Positions 18,932-28,693 of a stretch of 52,763 bases of DNA are shown piece by piece. The DNA is from Ignavibacteriales bacterium. GTDB lineage: Bacteria > Bacteroidota > Ignavibacteria > UBA10030 > UBA6906. The stretch's first letter is position 1; the number at the start of each line of letters is the position of its first letter. Made by a program: the position numbers and the translations under genes. The notes under the pieces were generated by a model, which had not been told where the DNA came from, made no database searches, and saw only the letters and a program-made list of their open reading frames with translations. The DNA is taken from positions 1 through 52,763 of the forward strand of contig JBBIRR010000031.1 in NCBI GenBank assembly GCA_037441705.1, in the 5' to 3' direction.

Positions 18932-20194
18932 CTACTCGTACCGCAGCGCTTCAATCGGATCGAGGGTCGAGGCTTTCCACGCGGGATAGACACCGAAGAC
19001 AATGCCCACCGTGGCGCACGAAGCAAATCCAATGACGACCCAATCCCATGGAATAATGACCGGCGCTTCGATGAGAATGCTCACGACGTTGCCGGCGAGG
19101 ATACCGAGAAGAATCCCGAAGACGCCGCCGATCTGACACAGGACGACGGCTTCGATGATAAACTGGGAGAGAATGTCGCGCTTCTGCGCGCCGACGGCTT
19201 TGCGAATGCCGATCTCGCGCGTACGCTCGGTGACCGAAACAAGCATGATGTTCATGATGCCGATGCCGGCGGCAACCAGCGCGATGAAGCTGACGAGCAT
19301 GATTCCGACCCGAAGGTAGAGCGTAAACTCATTGAACTGCTTCAACACGGAATCGTTGGAGAAATAATCGAAGTCGTCAGGCTCGCCGGGCGGAACTTTC
19401 CGCTCAGCGCGCAGGATCATACGGGTTTGTTCGAGCGCGTCGTCCAGCACCTCGCGGTTGAGCGCCTTTACCATGATATTGAGACTGCGTCCCGTTTTGC
19501 CGTTCTTCTGAAACCAGGTCGTGATAGGAATGACGGCGATATTGTCCTGATTGCCGCCGAGCGATCCGCCTTTGGGAGCGAACACCCCGATCACCTCATA
19601 CAACGAACCGTCAATGCGAACCGTCTCGCCAATAGGATTGACGCTGGGCGGGAAGAGTTTCTCCGCAACGGGCTTGCCCAAGAGCACGACGTTGCGTGTC
19701 AGTTCGAAGTCCTGCTGCGTGAACCCGCGCCCGGTTGCCACCACCCAGTTGTTCGTGACGATCCCGTCCAGATTTTCGCCGAACAGGGCGACGTTCGGAT
19801 TGGTTTTCTCTCCCTTCCAGTACACAATCTTGCCCCAATCCCACACCTCGATACCGACGGCTTCGGCAAGCGTTGCCTTCTCGCGCACGGCAAGAGCTTG
19901 TTCGTAGGTAATGTCTTTGCGATTTCTGAACCGCCAGCGCTGGCGACCGCCGCCGCCGGGTCCGCCGGGCGGAAACTTCTGAATCTGGAATGTGTTCGCG
20001 CCGAGCTGCGTAATGCCCTCTTCAATCGCATTGCGCAGCACGCCCATCGCCGTCATCACAGAAATGATCGAGAAGATGCCGACGACGATGCCCAGAAGCG
20101 TCAACGACGAGCGCAGCTTGTTGGCGCGGATGGCCGCAAGCGCCATCGCAAAACTTTCTTTCAGACTTGCGAGATCGAACAGCATTTTACTCAT
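18932..20194 (-). CDS. ABC transporter permease, MacB/FtsX family
   Basis: RSSLTLLGIVVG, GIGIMNIMLVSVTERTREIGIRKAVGA, LDPIEALRYE. Confidence 0.93.
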   Translation of the reverse strand: MSKMLFDLASLKESFAMALAAIRANKLRSSLTLLGIVVGIFSIISVMTAMGVLRNAIEEGITQLGANTFQIQKFPPGGPGGGGRQRWRFRNRKDITYEQALAVREKATLAEAVGIEVWDWGKIVYWKGEKTNPNVALFGENLDGIVTNNWVVATGRGFTQQDFELTRNVVLLGKPVAEKLFPPSVNPIGETVRIDGSLYEVIGVFAPKGGSLGGNQDNIAVIPITTWFQKNGKTGRSLNIMVKALNREVLDDALEQTRMILRAERKVPPGEPDDFDYFSNDSVLKQFNEFTLYLRVGIMLVSFIALVAAGIGIMNIMLVSVTERTREIGIRKAVGAQKRDILSQFIIEAVVLCQIGGVFGILLGILAGNVVSILIEAPVIIPWDWVVIGFASCATVGIVFGVYPAWKASTLDPIEALRYE

Positions 20195-21416
20195 AGCGCA
20201 GCGCCTCCACAGGATCCATCTTCGCCGCTCGATATGCAGGCATGAAGCCCGACGTCAGTCCCACGGCAAGCGACACAAGCGTTGCAATCACCACAACAGA
20301 AGCCGGCATGACGGCATCGAGGTCGAAGACGCGTCCGGCGATCAGCACGCTGACGAAAGCAACCAGGAGACCGATGATGCCGCCGATGAGACACAGAATC
20401 GCGGCTTCGACAAGAAATTGGAGGAGAATGGATCGCCGCCTCGCGCCGATGGCTTTACGGATGCCGATCTCCTTCGTCCGTTCCGTAACGGAAACAAACA
20501 TGATGTTCATGATGCCGATGCCTCCGACGAAGAGCGAGAGGCCCGTCACGAACAACCCGATGAAGGCGATGGTCAGGCTGATGGGGCCGAAGGCGTTGTT
20601 GAGAAGGTCCGGCTGGTTGATGCTGAAGTCGTTCGGCGCGCCGGGGGGAATCTTCCGGATTTTTCTCATAATCCCCTCTAACTCCAACTTTGCCTCTTCG
20701 AGCAATTCCTTGCTGATGGCGCGCGCCTGCACGTACACGTACTGCCGGCCGCCGAAGTTGCTGCGGAACGAATGCAGCGGAATGAAGACGCGGTTGTCGG
20801 AGGTGAACTCGCCGAACAGGCCTCCCTGTTTTTCAAATACCCCGAGCACCGTGTAGGGATGGCCCTCGATGCGGATCGTCTTGCCGATGGCGTCCTCGTC
20901 GGGGAAGAGGTTTTCCTTCACGGTTGCGCCGATGACACACACCGGGCGCCCGCCGCTTGCCTCCTCGGCGGAGAAGAACCGTCCGTCAATTTGCGTGTTG
21001 CCGGAGGCGTTGATGTACGCTTCGGTCGTTCCGGTAATCATCGCGCCGTCCATCGTGCGATCCTTGAAGCGCAGCGGTCGGCGTGTATTGAGGACGGGAG
21101 CCACCGCGCTCAGCAGCGTTGCCTGGCGTTCCACCTGGTCGGCGTATTCGACCTTGAAGTTGCGTCGGTTGCGGAACGTCCACCAATCTTCGCCGCTCAC
21201 CCAGGGCCACTTCTCGACGTACATGACGTCGGTGCCGAATGCCGATGCACTGCGATCGAACGCCCTGTTGATATAATCAATGCCGGCAGCCATCACCGTC
21301 ACGGCCCAGATGCCGATGATGATACCCAGCGTGGTCAGCACGGAGCGGATCGTATTCGCCCGCAGCGCTGCGAGTGCAATCATCAACCCTTCTTTCACTT
21401 CCGTCCAGAAGTGCAT
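20187..21416 (-). CDS. ABC transporter permease, MacB/FtsX family (second paralog)
   Basis: RSVLTTLGIIIG, GGIGIMNIMFVSVTERTKEIGIRKAIGA, MDPVEALRYE. Confidence 0.93.
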   Translation of the reverse strand: MHFWTEVKEGLMIALAALRANTIRSVLTTLGIIIGIWAVTVMAAGIDYINRAFDRSASAFGTDVMYVEKWPWVSGEDWWTFRNRRNFKVEYADQVERQATLLSAVAPVLNTRRPLRFKDRTMDGAMITGTTEAYINASGNTQIDGRFFSAEEASGGRPVCVIGATVKENLFPDEDAIGKTIRIEGHPYTVLGVFEKQGGLFGEFTSDNRVFIPLHSFRSNFGGRQYVYVQARAISKELLEEAKLELEGIMRKIRKIPPGAPNDFSINQPDLLNNAFGPISLTIAFIGLFVTGLSLFVGGIGIMNIMFVSVTERTKEIGIRKAIGARRRSILLQFLVEAAILCLIGGIIGLLVAFVSVLIAGRVFDLDAVMPASVVVIATLVSLAVGLTSGFMPAYRAAKMDPVEALRYE

Positions 21417-21435
21417 GGCGTTTCCCTTCGTTCGG

Positions 21436-22161
21436 TCAGATGGCTTTCTTCACAGCATAGACTTTGCGTTTCGATTCCGGGATGCGATCGTCGCTTTCGA
21501 TCTTGCCGTCACGCAGACGGACGACACGATGAGCATGCTCGGCAATCTCCGCCTCATGCGTAACGAGAATGATCGTGTTGCCCTGCCGGTGAAGCTCTTC
21601 GAACAGTTCCATGATTTCTTCGCCCGTGCGGCTGTCCAGGTTTCCCGTCGGTTCGTCGGCGAGGATGATGGAGGGACGCGTCACGAGGGCGCGGGCAATG
21701 GCCACACGCTGGCGCTGTCCTCCGGAAAGCTCGTTCGGTTTGTGGTGGATACGATCGCCGAGGCCTACATGCTCTAACGTCTTGCGTGCTCGTTCCTTTC
21801 GTTCTGCCGACGGCACGCCAGCGTAGATCAGGGGAAGCTCCACGTTGTGCAGCGCGTCGGATCGAGCAAGAAGGTTGAACGTCTGGAACACGAACCCGAT
21901 CTCCTTATTGCGGATGCGGGCGAGATCGTTGTCGTCCATCTCACTCACATTCACGCCGTTGAAGAGGTACTGCCCCGATGTCGGCGTGTCCAGGCAGCCG
22001 ATGATGTTCATGAGCGTGGATTTTCCGGACCCTGAAGGGCCCATGATTGCAACATACTCGTTCTTGGCGATCGAGAGAGAGATGCCGTTCAAAGCCTGCA
22101 CTTGCTGTGCCTCTCCCATGTCGTACACTTTGGTGATGTTGGTCAGTTCAATAACGTTCAT
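21436..22161 (-). CDS. ABC transporter ATP-binding protein, MacB/LolD family
   Basis: [28 protein letters not shown]; AAGGAG RBS before ATG 22161. Confidence 0.95.
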   Translation of the reverse strand: MNVIELTNITKVYDMGEAQQVQALNGISLSIAKNEYVAIMGPSGSGKSTLMNIIGCLDTPTSGQYLFNGVNVSEMDDNDLARIRNKEIGFVFQTFNLLARSDALHNVELPLIYAGVPSAERKERARKTLEHVGLGDRIHHKPNELSGGQRQRVAIARALVTRPSIILADEPTGNLDSRTGEEIMELFEELHRQGNTIILVTHEAEIAEHAHRVVRLRDGKIESDDRIPESKRKVYAVKKAI

Positions 22162-22178
22162 GAAGTCACTCCTTCCGG

Positions 22179-23450
22179 TCACGATTGCTTGTCGCCGCCT
22201 GCGGCGATCTTCTTGGGCTCTTCAATGCGAACCTTCGATCCGTCCTCTAGTTCTCGGTTGATCGCCTTGTACGTTCCTGAAACCACCTGCATCCCCTCCT
22301 TAATGCCCTCGGTGATTTCGACGTACGCATCATCGCTGATGCCGCGCTTGACCGGTATGGCTTTCACCACGTTATTCTCGACGACGAACACGACCTCCTT
22401 TGCCTTCATCTCGTTCTTCATTTTGCCGTTGCCCGGTCTACCTGCCGCCACAATCTGACGTTCCTCTCCATCCTTGGGCGGTTCTTTGCCTTCCATCTTC
22501 GGCATCCGTGTCGTGACGCTCTGAATCGGAACGGCAAGCACGTTCTGCTTCGTCTCGGTCTCGATGTCGGCGGTCATGGACATGCCCGGCCGAAGCGGAA
22601 CATTGGGTGTAATGATGCGCATCTTGACTTCGAAGTTTGTCACTTCCTCTTGCGTCCCGAGGCCTTTGGATTTCGCGGTGTTGGCGATCTCGTAGACGAC
22701 CGCGTTGATCTTCGTGTCCGGCAACGCATCAACGGAAATGCGCGCCGTGTCGCCGATGGAGATGAGGATTACGTCCGTTTCGCTGACATCCACGCGCGCT
22801 TCCATGCGCGAGAGATCGGCAATCGTCATCACCTCGGTTCCCTGGAATTGCTGCGTTCCCAGCACGCGCTCGCCCAGACGCGAGTTCAACTGGCTCACCG
22901 TCCCATCCATCGGCGAGAGGATGGTTGTCTTGCGGAGGGCTTCGTTTGCCTGGTCGAGCGATGCCTTGGCCTGTGCGTACGAACCCTTGGCGCTTTCGTA
23001 GGTTGCATTTGCCAGATCATAATCCGCCTGGGAGATGAGACCTTTGGAGAACAGCTCCTTGTAGCGCTTGTACTCGGTTTCGGCGCGCGTGAGATTGGCC
23101 CGCGCAGAAATCAATCCGGCCGCGTACTGGTCACGCTGAGCGATGTAGACGTCGGGCTTGATCTTCAGCAGCACATCGCCTTTCTTGACGCGCTGACCTT
23201 CCTTCACCGGCAGGGCAACGATCTCGCCGCTCACCTCGGGCGAAATCTTCACCTGAATCTCAGGCTGGATTTTTCCCGTAGCCGTCACCACCTGCGTGAT
23301 CGTGCGGCGACTTACTTTCTCCACCTGCACCGGAATGATCGGCTCCTTCTTGCTGCCGAGAAACAGCACCACCCCCGCGGTCACTGCGAGCAGTCCGATG
23401 ATCGAGAAGATGATGAGCTTCTTTCTGTTTTTCCTGCCGTTGCTTGCCAT
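22179..23450 (-). CDS. Periplasmic adaptor/membrane fusion protein, MacA-like
   Basis: N-terminal TM helix, [29 protein letters not shown]; GGAGG RBS before ATG 23450. Confidence 0.92.
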   Translation of the reverse strand: MASNGRKNRKKLIIFSIIGLLAVTAGVVLFLGSKKEPIIPVQVEKVSRRTITQVVTATGKIQPEIQVKISPEVSGEIVALPVKEGQRVKKGDVLLKIKPDVYIAQRDQYAAGLISARANLTRAETEYKRYKELFSKGLISQADYDLANATYESAKGSYAQAKASLDQANEALRKTTILSPMDGTVSQLNSRLGERVLGTQQFQGTEVMTIADLSRMEARVDVSETDVILISIGDTARISVDALPDTKINAVVYEIANTAKSKGLGTQEEVTNFEVKMRIITPNVPLRPGMSMTADIETETKQNVLAVPIQSVTTRMPKMEGKEPPKDGEERQIVAAGRPGNGKMKNEMKAKEVVFVVENNVVKAIPVKRGISDDAYVEITEGIKEGMQVVSGTYKAINRELEDGSKVRIEEPKKIAAGGDKQS

Positions 23451-23480
23451 GATTCCTCCATACGATGATGGGATAAACAC

Positions 23481-24818
23481 TCAGTAGGTTCGTTCGCCGA
23501 CGACGTACTCGACGTTGCGCTTGGCGATGATGAAGTCGTATACCGCGTTCACTTTGTTTGCCTGCGCGCTCACCAGCCCTGCGTTCGCCGTCAGCAGATC
23601 GAGCAGCGTCCCGGCGCCGAGGTTGTAGCGCTCTTCGGCGATCTTGCGATCTTCGATTGCCGAGAGCAGCCCCTTCTGACTCACTTCATACGCTTTGCGC
23701 GCTGCTTCGAGATCGAGCAATGCCTTCTTGACTTCCACGTTGATGTTGCGCTCGGTTTGCTGCAGCGAGAGTTCGGCATTCTTCTTCTCCACGTACGCCG
23801 CCTGCAGCGCCTCGTTGGTGGCGAACCCGTCGAACAACGTCCAGCGCAAGTTCAGACCCCAGTTCAGGCTCTTGTTCTCGGTCAGCCGCGACAACACTCT
23901 GTTCGAAAATCCGTAGCCTGCGAACGCACTGACGGAGGGGAAATAGCCGCTGCGCGCCGCGGAAATTCCTCCGTCGGCCGAACGGACGGTTTCACTTGCC
24001 CCGAGATAATCGGGTCGCTTCTCGAGTGCGCGACGCGCAAGCTCCTGGAAATTGCTGTATTGCTCCGCCGAGCTTTCAAGTTCCGACGGAGTAATCTCTG
24101 AAGAGATGGAGGGATCGGCGATCGTGTAGTCATCGTTCACATCAAGCCCGATGAGCGCCAGCAGGTCGGCTTTTGCCTTGTTGTAATTGTTCTGGGCGGT
24201 AATCAGGCTCAGCTCGTCGGCGGCAACCTGCGATTGCTGACGATAGACGTCGGCGCGCGAAAGGGCTCCCACCCGATTGGATTCGGTGATGCGCTCGAGC
24301 TGGCGCTGGTCGCGTTTCAAATTCTCCTCACTCACTTTCACCAATTGCTCATTGCGCAAAACGTTCAGGTATGCCGCCTCGACCTGGAACACGATGCTCT
24401 GCCGTGTGCGTGCGGCACGATGTTCGGTGGCAATGGCGTTTGCGGAGGAGCGTGTATAGTTTCCTTCTCGGGCAAACCCGTTGAAGACGGTGTAGTTCAG
24501 ATTGAGGCTGGTGCTGAAGTTGTTGAACACCGTCTTCGTGTTGGGAATGAGCACGCCGCCGACGGGTAACGGACCTTCCGTCTGGTTGCGCGTCCAGCCG
24601 CCGGAGGCCGATAGCGTCGGAAGATAATCACCCGTTGCCGCCATAACGCTCGCCTGAGCCGCCTCGACGTTGTTCTGTGCCTGAGCGACGTTCAGGTTGC
24701 GCTCAAGCGCGATCTGGCGCGCCTGCTCGAGCGTGAGAGATTTCGGTTGTGCTGAAGCAATCCTCGTCGCCGATAGCAGCGCAAACACGAGGATGTGTGA
24801 GACGGATGTCAATCTCAT
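23481..24818 (-). CDS. TolC family outer membrane efflux protein
   Basis: Signal peptide; duplicated OEP repeats (YLPTLS/YFPSVS, VFNGF/LFDGF); RYNLGAGTLLDLLTA. Confidence 0.92.
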   Translation of the reverse strand: MRLTSVSHILVFALLSATRIASAQPKSLTLEQARQIALERNLNVAQAQNNVEAAQASVMAATGDYLPTLSASGGWTRNQTEGPLPVGGVLIPNTKTVFNNFSTSLNLNYTVFNGFAREGNYTRSSANAIATEHRAARTRQSIVFQVEAAYLNVLRNEQLVKVSEENLKRDQRQLERITESNRVGALSRADVYRQQSQVAADELSLITAQNNYNKAKADLLALIGLDVNDDYTIADPSISSEITPSELESSAEQYSNFQELARRALEKRPDYLGASETVRSADGGISAARSGYFPSVSAFAGYGFSNRVLSRLTENKSLNWGLNLRWTLFDGFATNEALQAAYVEKKNAELSLQQTERNINVEVKKALLDLEAARKAYEVSQKGLLSAIEDRKIAEERYNLGAGTLLDLLTANAGLVSAQANKVNAVYDFIIAKRNVEYVVGERTY

Positions 24819-24890
24819 AACGATCTCCTTGAATAAAGTGCACTCATGTGTTGAACCGTGAAGAAGGTGGAGGCATCAGCACCTGTTGAG

Positions 24891-24918
24891 TAAACGAGGG
24901 CTGATACCAAATGTTTCA
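24891..24918 (-). promoter_or_regulatory. Putative ECF sigma promoter for the tolC-macA-macB operon
   Basis: Minus strand reads TGAAAC-N16-CGTTTA, matching the AAC/CGT ECF consensus (sigmaW-like spacing). Confidence 0.6.
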
Positions 24919-26346
24919 GTTCTGAACGGGAAAACTCTGCGGCGGGTTGAGCAGCTCGTCTTTTATCGCCAGCAGATACGCCAGAGCTGCGTCATGCTCA
25001 TTGGGAATCTTCCCGTCCAAAATCGCCTCTTCGATGGCTTTCTTGAGGAGGCCCACTTCCTTGCCCGGCTTCAAGCCGCACACGGCCATAATCTCGTCAC
25101 CCTTCACAGGCGGCTGCCAGTTGCGCAGCCTGTCCTTTTCTTCGACCTCCACGATTTTTTGCATGACGATGTCGTAGTTGCGCAGATATTTCTGGACCAG
25201 CTTGGGGTTTTTGGAGGTGATGTCCGCCCGGCACAACGTCATCAGGTCATCAATGTCATCTCCTGCTTCGAAGATCAAGCGGCGCACGGCTGAGTCGGTG
25301 ACGACGTCGTCCACCAGGACCATCGGACGAAGATGCAACCGCACAAGTTTCTCGACATACGGGAGGCGATCCAGCGGGAGGCGGAGTTTGCGAAAAATGC
25401 CCTTCATCATGCGGGCGCCGATCTCCTCATGCCCGTGAAACGTCCAGCCGATCCCTTCTTTGAACGCTTTGGTCTTCGGCTTGGCAATGTCGTGAACCAG
25501 CGCGACGAAGCGAAGCCACGCATTATCGGTTGTGCGCGCGATGTTGTCAACAACCATGCATGTGTGAAGAAAGACATCTTTGTGATGATGTTCGTTCCTC
25601 TGCTCGACGCCCGCCATCGCGGCAATTTCTGGAAATACCATCTCGAGCACGCCGGTGTCGTACAGCAAGCGCAGGCCGACCGACGGGGCAGCGGTCTTGA
25701 GGATCTTGAAGAACTCATCGGTGATGCGTTCTTGCGAGACGATGGCGAGGCGGTCCTTCATGTGGATGATCGCCTTCAGCGCTTCGGGATGAATCGTGAA
25801 GTTAAGCTGCGCCGCAAACCGGATCGCCCGCATGATACGCAGCGGATCGTCGTCGAATGTCTTTGCCGGCTCCAACGGCGTCCGAAGAATCCGGTCGTGC
25901 AAGTCCTGCACACCGCCGAACTCATCGTAAAGAGTGCCGAAGGATTCTTTGTTCAAACTTGCAGCGAGAGCGTTCACGGTGAAGTCGCGCCGTTCGAGAT
26001 CGTCGCGCAGCGTTCCCGTTGCCACGATCGGCTTTCGAGAATCGGGGTCGTAGCGTTCCTTGCGGGCGCTGACGAACTCGACTTTGCCGCCTTCGAGCTG
26101 CACCATCGCCGTACCGAAGCGCTCAAAGGTCACGACGGATTCGGCGCCGAGTGTTCGGGCCACCATTCGCCCGAAGGCGATGCCGTCTCCGATCACGAGA
26201 ATGTCCACATCCGTATCGCCAATGCCCAGCAAATAATCCCGCACGTAGCCTCCGACGACGTACACCTCCAGCCGCTGCGCATCGGCAAGTTCACCGATGG
26301 TGCGGAGAAGGGGATTGGTAATGTCTATGCGGGTTTTCTGTTTCAT
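24916..26346 (-). CDS. cca: CCA tRNA nucleotidyltransferase with HD domain
   Basis: VGGYVRD, DVD, RRDFTVNA, DDPLRIMRAIRF, SQERI, HDIAKP. Confidence 0.9.
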   Translation of the reverse strand: MKQKTRIDITNPLLRTIGELADAQRLEVYVVGGYVRDYLLGIGDTDVDILVIGDGIAFGRMVARTLGAESVVTFERFGTAMVQLEGGKVEFVSARKERYDPDSRKPIVATGTLRDDLERRDFTVNALAASLNKESFGTLYDEFGGVQDLHDRILRTPLEPAKTFDDDPLRIMRAIRFAAQLNFTIHPEALKAIIHMKDRLAIVSQERITDEFFKILKTAAPSVGLRLLYDTGVLEMVFPEIAAMAGVEQRNEHHHKDVFLHTCMVVDNIARTTDNAWLRFVALVHDIAKPKTKAFKEGIGWTFHGHEEIGARMMKGIFRKLRLPLDRLPYVEKLVRLHLRPMVLVDDVVTDSAVRRLIFEAGDDIDDLMTLCRADITSKNPKLVQKYLRNYDIVMQKIVEVEEKDRLRNWQPPVKGDEIMAVCGLKPGKEVGLLKKAIEEAILDGKIPNEHDAALAYLLAIKDELLNPPQSFPVQN

Positions 26347-26380
26347 GCATGTTGCGGGAGTACGAACCTCGACTCCCCTG

Positions 26381-27382
26381 CTACAGCTTCACGGTTTGTT
26401 GCTCGATTCGTTCCAGAATCATGTGGGCAACCTCCAGTGCACGCCTGCCCTCCTCTCCGGTGACGGGTGGGGGAGTGTTGGTGGTGATGGACTTCGCAAA
26501 CAACTCCAACTCGTACTTCAACGCGTTCACATCCTCCACCGACGGAAGCTCATAGACGATGTTCCGTTTGTGTTTCGCCGAGCCGATCTGTCCCAACAGC
26601 ATTGCCCCTTTTGCCGACGGTTCGCCTTCGCCTACCAGACGAAACACCTCGGCGTGTTTTTCCGAAAAGTCAATCGAAATATACGCATCCTTCTGGAAGA
26701 GGCGCATCTTCCGCATTTTCTTTTGCGAGATGCGGCTCGCCGTAACGTTGGCAACGCATCCATTCTCGAACTGCAGCCGGGCGTTGGCAATATCCACACT
26801 GTCCGAGACGACCGCGACGCCGTTGGCATCCACGCGCATAACCGGCGATTGCACAAAACTTAAAATAATATCTATGTCGTGAATCATCAAGTCCAACACC
26901 ACCGCCACATCCGTACCGCGGGGATTGAAGGGCGCAAGACGATGCGACTCCACGAACAGGGGGTTGACGGTGTACTTCTTTTCGACGGCGAGAATTGCAG
27001 CGTTGAAGCGCTCGATGTGCCCAACCTGAATGAAGAGGGCGTGTGCCTTCGCGAGGGCAATCAATTCGTCCGCTTCGCGTGTTGTTGTTGTGATCGGCTT
27101 TTCGATGAAGACATGCCGTCCGTTCCGCAACGCCAGTTGCGCGACGTCGAAGTGGGTGGAGGTCGGCGTTGCAATCGTCATGGCATCTGCCGCATGCATC
27201 AGCGCATCGAGCGAGGGAAACGCCGTCGAGCGGCATTCACGAGCAACACGGTGTGCCTTCGCCTGATCGATGTCGAACACGCCTGCGAGCTGGACGCCGT
27301 CGATCTCGGACAACATCTTTGCGTGCAATGCGCCGAGGTGACCGACACCCACTACACCGATACGAAGAGGGTTGTTCATCAT
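26381..27382 (-). CDS. Gfo/Idh/MocA oxidoreductase, GnnA-like (possible UDP-GlcNAc 3-dehydrogenase)
   Basis: GVGHLG, EKP, QVGHIERFN, DVAVVLDLMIHDID, ANVTASRIS. Confidence 0.8.
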   Translation of the reverse strand: MMNNPLRIGVVGVGHLGALHAKMLSEIDGVQLAGVFDIDQAKAHRVARECRSTAFPSLDALMHAADAMTIATPTSTHFDVAQLALRNGRHVFIEKPITTTTREADELIALAKAHALFIQVGHIERFNAAILAVEKKYTVNPLFVESHRLAPFNPRGTDVAVVLDLMIHDIDIILSFVQSPVMRVDANGVAVVSDSVDIANARLQFENGCVANVTASRISQKKMRKMRLFQKDAYISIDFSEKHAEVFRLVGEGEPSAKGAMLLGQIGSAKHKRNIVYELPSVEDVNALKYELELFAKSITTNTPPPVTGEEGRRALEVAHMILERIEQQTVKL

Positions 27383-27391
27383 GCGGTTCGT

Positions 27392-28693
27392 TCAGTTTGA
27401 ACCCGGCTGCTGCGGTGTGCTTCGTCCGCGTCCCATGCCGACGATGCGATCGAATCCGCCGAAGCGCGGATCGTTGAAATATACAAAGGCCGTGTACACA
27501 TTCGTCGTGCGCCAGTCCGTCCCCTCCGTTGCCGTCCAATCCTGACTGAGGACCGATCCGGACTGCGTATCCCAGCGGCCGGTGATGTACTGGTAATCAT
27601 AGATGCCGCGACGGAGAACCTTCCGCACGACGTACGATCGTTCCTGTTCATCCCATAGCAATCGGTCGTCATTCGTCGGATTCCAAAAATTGAACTCACC
27701 TGTGAGGAAAATTTCTTTCCCGCCTGCCGTCAGTGCACGATAGTCGCGCTCCAGCATATCCAACCGAAAAAGCACTTCAAGGTAGTCGGAGTTCAAACCC
27801 GTAAAGCTGTTGAGGATTGCTTCCCCGTCGTGGTCTGCGCCCGTTCGCCAATACAAGCGCAGATGATCGGCGCCCTCGGCCAGGCGCACGAGAGTGTGGT
27901 TGGGATAGCGGGTCACGTTGCTCAGGTCCAACACGCGGTATTCGTTTCCCGGCAGCACATTGGTGATGGTGAAGATGCGCTCGCCCGTGTTGAAGCCTTC
28001 AACAGTCGTGTACGGACCCCTGTCCCACGTATCAATCCGATACGGATGATAGAAGCGCCTGTTCTGATAGATGTCCACCGTTGTGTAGTACACGCCGTCG
28101 ATTTCGCGCGGAAGCGTTACACGCGCGCTGATCTTGTGGATTTGATTGTAGGGAGAGGTATTCTCCGTCAAGTAATCGTTCGTCACCGCAACGTTCGTGG
28201 GCACGAGCCGATCCACAACGAAGAACCGTCCCTCGGCATACACCGTTGATTCGGTCTGATCCATAATCTTGAACACCCAGTTGCCCGAATAGTCGAAGCG
28301 GACGACATCATCGTCGTCGGGGAAGCGGTTCACGTAACGATAGGTGTAGCCCCGCACGCCTCCCGGTGATGGAACAAACTGCAGCACGAACGACGTGTTA
28401 TGGTAAGGGTCGGTGACAAATACGTTGTTATCGATCTGCCAGTCACGATTGCAATGGAAGAAGCGAATCTTCAAGTTCGGCGGTTCGTTCGCCGCAATAT
28501 CGAATTGAATGGTCAGCCGATCGTATCGCCGCAGGGGTTTTCCGTTCTCGTCCACCGTGTCGCGCACGAGAATTGGAAAGGAGACTTCATCCTCCTCCAC
28601 GTACACGGCAAGGCCGCGCAGCACAACATCGGTCGGTTGCGCAGAAGCTCCCCAAGAAAGAGCCAGCGCAAACAGCAAGGCGGCAGCCCTCAT
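27392..28693 (-). CDS. Type IX secretion system plug-like protein (DUF5103-like)
   Basis: Signal peptide; FFHCNRDW, SGNW, GNEYR, GEFNFW, RRGIYDYQY, EG.DW.T.N.Y..FVY...FDRIVG pattern, recalled from this family. Confidence 0.65.
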   Translation of the reverse strand: MRAAALLFALALSWGASAQPTDVVLRGLAVYVEEDEVSFPILVRDTVDENGKPLRRYDRLTIQFDIAANEPPNLKIRFFHCNRDWQIDNNVFVTDPYHNTSFVLQFVPSPGGVRGYTYRYVNRFPDDDDVVRFDYSGNWVFKIMDQTESTVYAEGRFFVVDRLVPTNVAVTNDYLTENTSPYNQIHKISARVTLPREIDGVYYTTVDIYQNRRFYHPYRIDTWDRGPYTTVEGFNTGERIFTITNVLPGNEYRVLDLSNVTRYPNHTLVRLAEGADHLRLYWRTGADHDGEAILNSFTGLNSDYLEVLFRLDMLERDYRALTAGGKEIFLTGEFNFWNPTNDDRLLWDEQERSYVVRKVLRRGIYDYQYITGRWDTQSGSVLSQDWTATEGTDWRTTNVYTAFVYFNDPRFGGFDRIVGMGRGRSTPQQPGSN

